DNA of 38,938 bases, taken from Octopus bimaculoides. Taxonomy: Eukaryota. This document shows, one piece after another, positions 1-10,757 of the stretch (the first letter of the stretch is position 1; each line of letters begins with the position of its first letter). The notes under the pieces were generated by a model. It ran no database searches, was not told the DNA's origin, and worked only from the letters and a program-made list of their open reading frames with translations. Both the position numbers and the translations under genes were made by a program. The stretch lies in contig NC_068985.1 in NCBI RefSeq assembly GCF_001194135.2, positions 108,276,856 to 108,315,793 on the forward strand, given 5' to 3'.

Positions 1-260
1 TAAACTGTCCTCCCCTCTTTTTACACGAGAACATTACTGTGTGATACACGATCCCTATTGATCGGCCTTTCCTTTTCTTTTTTTTTCGATCCCTTTTGAT
101 CGAACTGCCCCTTTTTCCCTTCCTACGATCCCTTTTGATCGACACCACCAATTTTTATTTTTTTATTTTTTTTTTCCTTCCTTCCCCCTCCCAAAAATAA
201 AAGCTCTACATTGTATTTGTCCCATCTTCGTTGAGCCCTGTGTGGCTAATAAAAGAAATG

Positions 261-296
<36 letters not shown>

Positions 297-308
297 CATC
301 TATCTATT
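1..308 (+). mobile_element. Probable 3' end of a non-LTR retroelement ending in a (TATC)n tail
   Basis: Repeated GATCCC..TTGATCG motifs, AATAAA-like signal (taataaaagaaa) directly followed by (tatc)n. Confidence 0.4.
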
Positions 309-327
309 TTTAATCGTTTTTTTTTTA

Positions 328-760
328 CATGCTTCAGTCGTTTGACCACGACCATACTGGGGTACCGGCTTGAAGTGGTTTAGTCGAAGAAATCTATACC
401 AGGAGTAGTACTTATTCTATCGGTCTCTTCTTCCGAGCTGCTAAATTAGAGGAATATCAACACACCAGCACTGGTTATCAAGCAGTGGTGAGGGAAAAAC
501 ACAGACACAAAGACACACATGCAAAGAAACACACACACACACGCACATACACACACACACAAACACGCGCGCACACACACACAGATACACACATGCGACG
601 GTCTTTCAATTTCTGTCTACTAAATCTACTCACAAAGCTTTGTTCGGTCCGAGCCTATAATAGATGACACTTGCCGAAATTTTCATGCTGTGAGACTGAA
701 TCTGGGACCACGTGGTTTGGAAGCGATCTTATTATTACACAGCCACGCCTATATATCTAC
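328..760 (-). mobile_element. tRNA-derived SINE (family A), degenerate
   Basis: Minus-strand head ggcgtggctgtg...ttcagtctcac...ggcaagtgtc, (CA)-rich middle; homologous to 3205-3660. Confidence 0.7.
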
Positions 761-927
761 ATTAATACATGTAATTATTTCCAACATATTAATATAAAAG
801 AAGGAATATTATAAGAAGGATGTTACCATCCTGTTTCAGCAATTTCTATGCAACCTATTTCAGGATCCGTGTACGTGTATTGACAATATCATTATCTATC
901 CATCCATCCATATATATATATATATAT

Positions 928-1482
928 GACGACCGCTCCATCTTGACAGACGATAGCCATCCCATCAACAATCCACACATATCATCACGCAGTACAATCA
1001 CTTCGTTGGTGAGCCCTCAAGTGACTTTGAAGTCCGGCTGCTGAGCGACAAGGTCTACAGCACAGATGACAAATGTTCAGGCCTCTCGATCCTTGCTCGC
1101 TGGTATCTGATTCTAAGGAAACGCCTCTGTGAACCAGCATATGTCTCTTAAGTCCGGGTATTGTTTTACATAACCTTGTGACATATGCCACAGGTCGCTC
1201 TTATGTCAGGTCGCTCTTATAAGTATTCCTGAGCGCTACTGGTAACATGTAATCCAGTACGACCTGTCTCATGGTCGGGTCGTCGGCGACTAAACTGGCA
1301 ACCCCACCAAGCTCGCTTGGTGAGGAGGGTGATTGTTGGCATCTTGCGGGATGAAAAATAAGACTCNNNNNNNNNNTGGTCGGGTCGTCGGCGACTAAAC
1401 TGGCAACCCCACCAAGCTCGCTTGGTGAGGAGGGTGATTGTTGGCATCTTGCGGGATGAAAAATAAGACTCGTCGAAAGGAC
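928..1482 (-). mobile_element. Internally deleted RTE-like LINE (5' UTR-like part joined to C-terminal zinc fingers and 3' UTR)
   Basis: Minus ORF 985-1191 has CHLCCRPCRSAAGLQSHLRAH, typical of RTE C-termini; flanked by (TA)n on both sides. Confidence 0.65.
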
Positions 1483-1800
1483 GTATATATATATATGTAA
1501 CCAGACTGCTAAGTACAATTTAAAATAAAAAATGAAGTAACACTGAAGTGTGCCATTTCTAATGTATAATATTCGAAGGGACAAAAAAAAAGATATTAGT
1601 GGGCTTATATACCAGAGTCTCTTCCACTGATACTTCCACAGAAAACTTCCCTTCGATCTGGAGTAATTTGTCCAAGTCATCCTGTTAGCATGAGTTCTCC
1701 ACTTCAGTTAACGGTTGAAAAGTCTTTTGTATTGAAGCTAAAGAACATCTTTAGGGGAACCATCACATAACAACAGGAGGGCGACAATTAGAAAGATATT

Positions 1801-2020
1801 TGTTATGTCTCAAATACTACCAGTGGCTGTGTGAGCATCTCATCCTCGTCGCCACTGTTATGTCTCAAACTACTGCTATCTAGTACCTTCGGATGATCTC
1901 TACTCAACCGCTACACAACTGCTACTCGACTGCGACTCAACACACCTACCACGGCCAGATTACCTCTATTTACATGTCTTGGGAGATCCTTCTTCTTCGC
2001 CTGGGGGCGTCGACACAACA
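1801..2020 (-). mobile_element. Collapsed Gypsy-type LTR element: 165-bp 5' LTR, PBS, 3' LTR tip
   Basis: TG...CA termini, 5-bp TSD ATATT (1796-1800 and 2021-2025), LTR end GAGACATAACA present twice, PBS TGGCGACGAGGATG at 1854-1841. Confidence 0.85.
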
Positions 2021-2351
2021 ATATTGCGTATCATGATTGACATCATGATTAAGGAAGACAATTAGCTCCCTTTACTATCATATGGTAGAATGTGTTAATG
2101 ATATAATCTCACTCCAATTCGCGCTTGAAACATTATCATCCCAAGTATTGCCAGCTGAAGAGTTATCATCCCAAAATTTACCACTTGAAAGATTATACCT
2201 ATATTTGAAGCTATAATTTCAGTTATATTCTGAAATATAAAACAAATTGTGCATATTATTTTATAATGAATATAATATCCTATCGTTTTATGAAAGGCAA
2301 TCAATATTAATATTAATTTTTGATAAATTGAACGTAATTTGAATCTCGTAC

Positions 2352-2456
2352 CTGCTTGTTTATCAGCCAAAAGAAGGATTTCAATTTGGTTTCTGCATTG
2401 AATATTATCAGTAAAACACAACTTTGACGAACAGTTTAATGGCTTTATTAGGATAA
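2352..2456 (-). CDS. Candidate ITIH exon, start of a divergent C-terminal domain ([V]ILIKPLNCSSKLCFTDNIQCRNQIEILLLADKQA)
   Basis: Very strong polypyrimidine acceptor ttttaccttctttctag, phase 1-1, donor G|gtacga; LCF...IL.L.D...G resembles the ITIH C-terminal pattern. The next exon is unresolved. Confidence 0.5.
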
Positions 2457-3204
2457 CTAGAAAGAAGGTAAAACAGAAAAAGAATTTTGAAATATTATGT
2501 TTTTGCATTTGTTGTATGTTGAGAATACAGACTATACAGACTACACACACCTAAGAAACAAATTATTATGATAATACAAGTAAAATCTTAAAATATTATC
2601 AGCAGAAGGAATAAAATTATAATTTTCTGTAAAACAATTTTAGAACGATTATATTCATTGCTGGTTGTTGCTCAAGTGATTAGCAATAAGTGTAGATGAT
2701 TCGATTATGTAAAAACATAACAGGTTTTACAACCCAATATGCATATGCTATTATTTATACCTCTATAAGTAGTTCGAGATCCAATTCTAAAAATAATTAT
2801 TTTACGTTCTCTCCAAATCATAAATATTTATGGTGTCAAGTTTTTTCTAGAATTAAATGAAAACTCATTACACAATAATATTGGGATATCTTGATTATTA
2901 ACATATGTTGTGCATGTTATGGAGTTTTGAGCTAAGAAGGTTAAGCAAAATTACATCAAGGTTATTCTTAGGGAAGTCGTAACACTTGTGAATCTCTTTC
3001 TTAGTGTTAGCTTAAAGTCTCACAAACAAACCAAAAAATTAATAAAACGCAACCTTGACATGACTGGTATGGCAAATCGAAGTTGCAATAGAGAAAACTT
3101 CTCTTGTGTTATTCATAATTGCCAGTGGTAAAAATTCTTTACCGTGAAGAAATGAGCGCGAATCACATACAATATCATTCTCACCGATTGATGAATATTA
3201 AGAA

Positions 3205-3446
3205 CGACTTTGGTCATTAAGTTGCGGCCGTGCAAAGGCACCGCCTCGAAGGTTATTTCTTTATCCAAATTGACACTGGCACTTTTCTTTCGGTGGGTTT
3301 TCAAGACAGGTATTTATTTTATCGGTTAGTTTTGCCGAACTACTATGTTTCAGGGATAAACAACCAAATACAAGTTGTCAAGTAGTGTGTGTGTGTGTGG
3401 GGGGGGGATTAAAAACTGACACAGACACACACATAAATGCACACGC

Positions 3447-3500
<54 letters not shown>

Positions 3501-3660
3501 AGGTTTCCACACAATTTCCGCTTACCAAGTCCCAATATAAAACATTGGTTGACCTGTTGCTATAGTAGAAGACACTTGCCCAAGGTGTCGTGAAGTGGGG
3601 CTAAACCCAAAACAGAGTGGTTGTAAATCGAGCTTCTTAACTACAAAACCATGGCTATTA
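3205..3660 (-). mobile_element. tRNA-derived SINE (family A), degenerate
   Basis: Shares gacacttgcc, gcggcc.tgc..ggcaccgcct.gaag and tatcgg..tttgccgaac blocks with 328-760. Confidence 0.7.
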
Positions 3661-3826
3661 CAGTATGAAAGTTACTGATAATTTTGAGAATACACACTCC
3701 TTTTCATACTTATTGCTTTGATATCTTTTACGAGACTTTTTGAATCACAAACTGGAGATTAATATCTTTAAAAGCAAGTAAATAAAGAAATATTTCATAA
3801 ATGAAATGAAGTTCATGTTTTCTTAC

Positions 3827-3892
3827 CAGGACTGCGGGGAAGAGGTGGTAATTCTCTTGCTGGAGCTGTGTTAGGAACTCTGTTTGAAGGTG
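3827..3892 (-). CDS. ITIH: ITIH Pro-rich linker exon, 66 nt, phase 1-1 ([A]PSNRVPNTAPARELPPLPRSP)
   Basis: attgttttag|CA...CCTG|gtaaga; GC-rich island in AT-rich DNA, open in phase 1. Confidence 0.85.
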
Positions 3893-4637
3893 CTAAAACA
3901 ATATAGTTCGATTTGAGTTTAAAGCAATATTATAACAATTTAAAGCTTATTCAATATGAAAAAAGAACGGAAAACTTTACTTTCGGATGAGACCATTTTT
4001 CGAATAGAGCATCCATTTAGATTTAACACTAAATTCCTGGACAAGGCATAATAGACATTGAAGTCATTTTGGGTGCCCAATGATGTTTCCTAGAAAAGAC
4101 ACATATCTACTCAAAATGAAATATCGTTGAAATTAGACTACACTGTTAATGCTAAAATATATTTCATCTGCCTCATAACAATAAATACAGTAGCCCTGCT
4201 TAAAATTATTTACTGCATGTTATGTAGCCCATCGTTATGCAGCGGTGTCTCTTGTTATGTGGTATTCCTGAGAAATGACATTTGAAGTGCATGTCATTTA
4301 AACTGTTACATAAGAAGCAAACTGTAAGAAAAGCTGTGAAAATATTACAAAATCATTATTGCTTATTTCTGTTCTATCTTCATATATTATAATACTTCCC
4401 CTAATGTAATATTTAAGATTTACATAATTTTTCAGGAATTGCATTAAGAGAATACATTTAAACAAATTACACAGGCCAACAATAATTCTTTTTCTCTGAT
4501 ATCAAAAACTTTGGAACCGAAATGAAAGTTTTTCACACAAAGGTCCAAAAATGAATATTCTATTCGCGAAAGGTAATGAAAAGTATGTTTAGCCGGAAAA
4601 AACAGTCAAATTAAAATTTTCTCAGCACATGGATCTC

Positions 4638-4678
<41 letters not shown>

Positions 4679-4693
4679 AAAGTATCTACATAC

Positions 4694-4708
4694 CCACTCT
4701 GTTAGGAT
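4694..4708 (-). CDS. ITIH: ITIH linker microexon, 15 nt, phase 1-1 ([H]PNRV)
   Basis: tttcatttcacttacag|ATCCTAACAGAGTGG|gtatgt; paralog of 9633-9647. Confidence 0.8.
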
Positions 4709-5371
4709 CTGTAAGTGAAATGAAAATTTCATATAGTTATGAAAATATCAAATATAAAAATATTTATGTTAACACATATCTAAAAAATAATGAATAGATT
4801 TATTACATAGTTTTGAAAATATATAATATTCAATATTTACATTAATCTCGGCAGTTAATAGAGTTATAATTTAATTGCAAAGAACAATTAAAAAGAAATT
4901 TTACTAAACGACCAGCTGTCTTACATGTTCATTGTAGTTGTTCTGCATTATTTAATTGGAGATAAAATAAGGTGGTAAATTTTGTCTACATATGTCAGCA
5001 TTTTCCCTTCCAATTGATTCCTCCACAACAAATAAAAGTTAATAGAATTTTAATTTACCTTAATAAAGTAAGAAACTACAGCTTACATATTGAAAAACAG
5101 TATTCATTTAGAGCTATATGAAAAACATAATATATCTGAACTTAATTACTATGATTATACTGGCAAAAACATAATGCCAATGTCTCTCGATTTATACAGC
5201 AATCTGTTTTCACAGATTCATTTTATTAGGATTTTGGTTTTGGTCTATATTGACAAAGATAACATTTCAACGTGTACGTTTGAATTTTTAAATAAGAAAT
5301 AAGAGGTTATGTTGTTACTTATGAAACAAATGTTATTTGCCAAACATGTATCTTTGAGTAATGCGATAATC

Positions 5372-5405
<34 letters not shown>

Positions 5406-5726
5406 NNNNNNNNNNNNNNNNNNNNNNNNNNNNNNNNNNNNNNNNNNNNNNNNNNNNNNNNNNNNNNNNNNNNNNNNNNNNNNNNNNNNNNNNNNNNNNN
5501 NNNNNNNNNNNNNNNNNNNNNNNNNNNNNNNNNNNNNNNNNNNNNNNNNNNNNNNNNNNNNNNNNNNNNNNNNNNNNNNNNNNNNNNNNNNNNNNNNNNN
5601 NNNNNNNNNNNNNNNNNNNNNNNNNNNNNNNNNNNNNNNNNNNNNNNNNNNNNNNNNNNNNNNNNNNNNNNNNNNNNNNNNNNNNNNNNNNNNNNNNNNN
5701 NNNNNNNNNNNNNNNNNNNNNNNNNN

Positions 5727-5758
<32 letters not shown>

Positions 5759-6663
5759 TGCTATTCATCTAAAGAATATACCATTTGCATTCTACAAAAA
5801 GTATTTGCAAAGTATTGAATAATCATTCAGTTTAATCAAAATTGTTTTAAATTATTCCTTGAAGATATATAATGTCACATTATATATTTGGTGATTATCC
5901 TAGTAAAGCTAATTTTCAAAATGCCTATCTATCCAAATTTCCTTGTTCCCCAACACCAACGAAAAGCATATGTAGTTGTCATATTAATTTATCTTAGATA
6001 ATGTCATTATAGAAACCACGGCACACATGCAGAACAACGGATAGCGCACAATAAACCTAAACTTATTTTCCGTGATCATTCTGACAACAGAGCAATGCAG
6101 TTGTCTCTTGGTTTACAAGTCAGTAGACTTGCATAATTTAATTTTAGTAGTGCCTTGGTTTCAATTGATTTTGAAATGTGATTTTACCTACACAGACACA
6201 TTTAGTCGTCAACGTTTCGTTTTATTCTTTCAATTTTTTTTCTACCTCTCAACTTTCGTTTCAGTTTATCAATAATGAGAAAGTCTACACGCTCAAATAA
6301 CAATCAACATTTTTTCCCTATACTTTGAGATTGAAAACTAGTTTGAAATGTTAAACCAGAACAGAAAGGAACGTATTTCTGGAAAGAAACATGAAAATAT
6401 TAAATCAACTTCGAAAGATAAAATAAAGGTTCGATAAAAATGGGTAAACTTCGGACTGTATGTCTGTTTTGAAAATTTATAATTATATTAAACACATAAT
6501 TGCTCCATTCACATGTTATTTAGACTTAAACCAGGAGTCCTTGAACCAATCTACTGTGTAAACCAAACGACCACTGCACGGTTATTTTTAGAAGGAAGTT
6601 GAATTTACGGGGGAAAATATGAGAGCTATGAACATTGGCTTTGTACAGAATATTGTTACTCAC

Positions 6664-6681
6664 GTTGCTGAAACAAATGAT
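6664..6681 (-). CDS. ITIH: ITIH linker microexon, 18 nt, phase 1-1 ([D]HLFQQ)
   Basis: ttctctttttcag|ATCATTTGTTTCAGCAAC|gtgagt; paralog of 10665-10682. Confidence 0.8.
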
Positions 6682-6984
6682 CTGAAAAAGAGAAAAAAAA
6701 ATTAAAGAAATATTGTAGAATTTATTACATCCTGTTATAGAAAACATACTAGACTTCCCAGCGCGAGTGATATTTTACATAACTAAAACCATAGAGATTG
6801 ATAGTCGGGCGTAATGTTAGTTGCCCAGAGAGGGCAGTCAAATTAACACAGGCATACTCCTATATACACATGCACGCGCGCATCAGAACATGAGAGACTC
6901 TGATATTACATATGAAAGAATTCTTGTTTGCCAAACTCATATTTGTGAATATTGAGAGAAATTATATGTTTAATATAAATTCAT

Positions 6985-7131
6985 AAGTATTCTTTTCTAC
7001 TCTAGGCACAAGGCAACTGGTACTTAATTTATCAACCCCGAAAGAATAAAAGGCAAAGTCGAACTCGGTGGAATTTGAACTCAGAGCGTAAAGACATGAA
7101 ATATCGCTAAATTCTGCCAGCCTGCCGCCAT
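6985..7131 (-). mobile_element. tRNA-derived SINE (family B), internally deleted
   Basis: Reverse complement of the 7424-7638 copy (gagttcaaattcc, gactttgcc, gataaattaagtaccagttg, ccttgtgcctagagtagaaaagaa). Confidence 0.8.
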
Positions 7132-7423
7132 ATAAATGTATAAATATTACGTTGATAAATGACTGAAAGCGCTCAAGGAATTTGTCATACTTTTAAACAT
7201 TTTCAGAAAATTCTTGCGAATTTGTATTCTACATGTAAGAATTAATACGATTATGCAAAAAAAAACAAAACTAAACAAAACAGAACAAAAACGTCTTTGA
7301 GGCGTAATTTAAGAGCTACTCAACTGTCATTTTTTGTACATCTCACGACCACCTCATACATTCCTCGTTTATTTGACTGTCAGACGTATTTGTGTTTTTC
7401 AATATTTTTCGCCCCACATGAGA

Positions 7424-7638
7424 TGGCGAGCTGGCGGAAACGTTAGCACGTCGGGCGAAATGCTTAGCGATATTTCGTCTGTCTTTACGTTTTGAGTTCA
7501 AATTCCGTCGAGGTCGACTTTGCCTTTCATCTTTTCGGGGTCGATAAATTAAGTACCAGTTGCGTACTGGAGATCGATCTAACCGATTGGCTCCCTCCCC
7601 CAAATTTTGGTCCTTGTGCCTAGAGTAGAAAAGAACAT
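7424..7638 (+). mobile_element. tRNA-derived SINE (family B)
   Basis: Head gagctggcggaaacgttagc...gagttcaaattcc (A/B-box-like); homologous pieces at 6985-7131 and 11590-11628. Confidence 0.8.
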
Positions 7639-8239
7639 CTTTCACCCCATAAACATATTTAAAGATCTTTTAGAGGGATTTAAGTAAAAAAAATTGGGAC
7701 TGTCCGTATATTAAACTGTGATTCTAAAAAAAAATTTCTAAAAATTACAAAAAAGTTTTCCATAGTCGTGTGAATTCCCGCATGTAGGAAAAAAGTTCGC
7801 AAAAGTTTTCCAAAAATTCTAAACAATAAAAAAGTTATGAGTGGTTATATGGCATGTTTAAAGCAGTATTCCGCCAATTAAAGTACCCCAAGGTTACGGC
7901 GAGATCCTTAAATATAGAATATGTGTAGTGGTTATTCTTTCCTTTTCACCCACTTTTCCTGGTAACTTCCCTTCACTCTTTCTGTCGCTTTTCCTAAATA
8001 ACTCGAGTCTTGCGGATAAAACCACTACCGGCAGCCACCTTGCATTCTGTGCAATCTATTATGAAAATTACTTTGCTCTGCGTCGGATTATTATTTAGAA
8101 TTTGGATATGAATCTGAAAATTATATAAAATTTATACAGATGTTATAATTTATATGAAAGTATTAGCATTAAATATCTATTATTTATCTATATTATCTTA
8201 AAGAAAATTATTTTATGTTTTGCTTCCTCATATAGTGTG

Positions 8240-8607
8240 GAGGCGTAATGGCCCAATGGTTAGGGCAGCGGACTCGCGGTGATAGGATCGCGGTTTCGAT
8301 TCTCAGACCAGGCGTTGTGAGTGTTTATTGAGCGAAAACACCGAAAGCTCCACGTGGCTCCAGCAGGGGGTGGTGGCGAACCCTGCTGTACTCTTCCACC
8401 ACAACTTTCTCTTACTTCCTGTTTCTGTTGTGCCTGTAATTCAAAGGACCAGCCGTGTCACGCTGAATATCCCCGAGAACTACGTTAAGGGTGCACGTGT
8501 CTGTGGAGTTCTCAGCCACTTGCACGTTAACTTCACGAGCAGGTTGTTCCGTTGATCGGATCAACTGGAACCATCGTCGTCGTAAGCGACGGAGTAACAA
8601 CAACAAC
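8240..8607 (+). mobile_element. tRNA-derived SINE (family C) with (AAC)n tail
   Basis: A box tggcccaatgg, B box ggtttcgattct, GC-rich body, ends gtaacaacaacaac. Confidence 0.8.
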
Positions 8608-8977
8608 CTCATATAGTATATGCTCTCGTAAGAGTTTTCGGTTGCATAATTGAGTTCGTAACAATTGTTAGAATATAAATATGTACTTAACGAAAGTAGT
8701 ATATTTGACAAGTCATTCGTGATACAGCTATTACAATGTAAATCGAATTTGATTTATTTCCGAGGTGGGGGGGCATACAAAACAAAAACAAACTCCACGT
8801 TATCAACATTATACCAGTATGGATAATATTGCTCATTTTAAATCTAGATAAAATTGAAATGGAGAAAACATTACGAAAACACCTAATACAACGTAATTTT
8901 AATGTTTAAGGGATTTTAATGAAGTTGTCAGCTGTCTTTCACATAAACAAAAAATCCCAGATCTTAGTTCAATGCTG

Positions 8978-9538
8978 GGATCTTTTTTAAAACGGGGGCC
9001 ACATTTTTCATTAATGTTTTACGTAGTGTTTTTGGTACCGAAAGACTTTCAAACTTCGTATACTTATCTATTTTGTGTTATAGAACAGAAAAATATTTTT
9101 GTATTCGAATTTATTTCATGTAAAAAATTGTGTTATTTCGATAATTTCAACCAATCACTGATGTCCATTCAGCCGATATACATTAAGTGCCGACTACATA
9201 AACAAACGATTCTTCGTTTTATTTGCTTTTTTCATTTTAAATTTGCTTTAACCCTAACCTTAACCCTAACCCTAACCTTAGGGTTAGGGTTAGGGTTAAT
9301 TGTTTCAGAATCGTTTGTTTATGTAGTCGGCACTTAATGTATATCGGCTGAATGGACGTCAGTGATTGGTTGAAATTACAGAAATACGACAACTTTAACA
9401 TGGAATAATTTATGGATTTCTCTTTTTTTTAAAGAAGACTAAGAGAAAAAGATGTTTTATATGACACATTCTACCAGTGTTCCAAGTTTCAAAGTGTTTC
9501 GTTAATGAAAAATGTGGCCCCCGTTTTAAAAAAGATCC
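8978..9538. mobile_element. Fold-back MITE with a telomere-repeat centre and 8-bp TSD
   Basis: TIR ggatcttttttaaaacgggggccacatttttcattaa at both ends, caatgctg at 8970-8977 and 9539-9546, arms complementary around a (CCCTAA)n/(TTAGGG)n switch near 9280. Confidence 0.9.
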
Positions 9539-9632
9539 CAATGCTGTTTAAATGAGAGTGCATCTTGCTAAGGTTGGTTAGGATTAATTTATCATACGCA
9601 TACAGAAAATCTACGTAAAAATATCTACATAC

Positions 9633-9647
9633 CCAATACGGTAGTAC
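9633..9647 (-). CDS. ITIH: ITIH linker microexon, 15 nt, phase 1-1 ([R]TTVL)
   Basis: ttctattactgttacag|GTACTACCGTATTGG|gtatgt; paralog with the same sites at 4694-4708. Confidence 0.78.
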
Positions 9648-10664
9648 CTGTAACAGTAATAGAAAATTAATTTAGTTATGGAAATATCAGATTTGTAAAT
9701 ATTTATGTTAATATATATCTAAAAAGAAAGGAATAGATTTATTACATAATTTTCAAAGTATACAATATTCTATATTTATGTTAAAGTAGTAAATAATAGT
9801 TGTAATATAGCTCTATAGAATTATGGAAAAGTTAATTTATTCAAGCGGTCAGCTGTCTTTCATATTTATTATAGATGTTCTACACTATATATTTGTGGAG
9901 ACGCATATTTTAGTGTTTAGAGTTTTAGACTCATGATCGTAAGATTGTGGTTTTGATTACTGGACCGGGCGACGCGTTATATTCTTCAAAACAATTTGTC
10001 TGTTGTTGTCATATTAATCTGCCTTAGATAATGGCTATTATAATGCAGAACAGCAGATTACAATAAGCCTAAACATATTTTTCATTATTGTTCTAACTAT
10101 AGTGTAATGTAGTTGTCTTTCGGTTTACATGTCAGTAAGTTTCATTTTAGTAGTGTTTTGGTTTCAGTCAATTTTTGAAATGTTGTTTTATGCATATAGA
10201 CACAACATTAAGCCGTTAATGTTTTGTTTGTCTTGTAATTGTTCTTCCGTCTCTCTTTCATTTCATTTTATCCGAAACATAGTCTAACTTGAAACCCTCA
10301 TGTTAGAATTTTTTCCTATACTTCTTTAACTATTTTAGAGATTGAAGACTAGAATTTTAAACTTTAAATAAAAAGAGAAAGGAACGTATTTCATGAAATA
10401 AAAATGAAAATATTAAATCATCTTCAAAAGAAGAAAAAGATTCGGTAAAAGACTGAATGTCTTTTTTAAAAAAAATTGATAAGAATACTGAAAGCATATA
10501 TTACTCCATTCTCCCGTTATTTATACTTAAACGGTGAGTCATGAAACTTGTTTACTGTGTAAACCCAAAGACAATTATACATTTATTTTTAGGAGGTTGT
10601 TTAATTTTCGGTTGAAATTATGAGTGCTATGAATCTTGGCGCTGTGTAGAATATTGTTACTTAC

Positions 10665-10682
10665 GTGGGTCAGAGAAATGTG
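10665..10682 (-). CDS. ITIH: ITIH linker microexon, 18 nt, phase 1-1 ([P]HFSDP)
   Basis: ctctctctttcag|CACATTTCTCTGACCCAC|gtaagt; splice sites and length conserved in the paralog at 6664-6681. Confidence 0.82.
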
Positions 10683-10757
10683 CTGAAAGAGAGAGAGAGA
10701 GAAAAAAGATATATTTTAGAATTTATTACACCTTCCTATGGAAAACAAAAGCAAAAC

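Larger units (their letters stand above)
4683..6745. repeat. Copy B of a tandemly duplicated two-microexon module (about 1 kb of extra sequence, including a gap, near 5000-5995)
   Basis: Colinear similarity to 9622-10750, e.g. 6618-6663 vs 10619-10664 38/46 identical and 4758-4814 vs 9697-9753 51/57. Confidence 0.9.
9622..10750. repeat. Copy A of the tandemly duplicated two-microexon module
   Basis: Colinear with 4683-6745; carries a SINE head fragment at about 9898-9988. Confidence 0.9.

Noticed and set aside
1276-1466. Exact repeat of about 90 bp on both sides of a 10-N gap
   Set aside because: Typical unmerged contig overlap; an assembly artefact.
1580-1740. QDDLDKLL...KFSVE frame resembling a CR1/L2 RT relic
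   Set aside because: Too short and interrupted to call.
2551-2626. Alternative 3' exon ENYNFIPSADNILRF... leading to a different frame of the 2456 exon
   Set aside because: Intron-like AT content, weak gtgtgt donor, no family resemblance; cannot be fully excluded without cDNA.
3113-3304. 63-aa minus ORF as a possible ITIH C-terminal exon
   Set aside because: About half overlaps a degenerate family-A SINE and there is no usable acceptor.
7898-7906. 9-nt phase-1 microexon candidate
   Set aside because: AAG acceptor and weak donor; it shows that chance hits occur in this AT-rich DNA.
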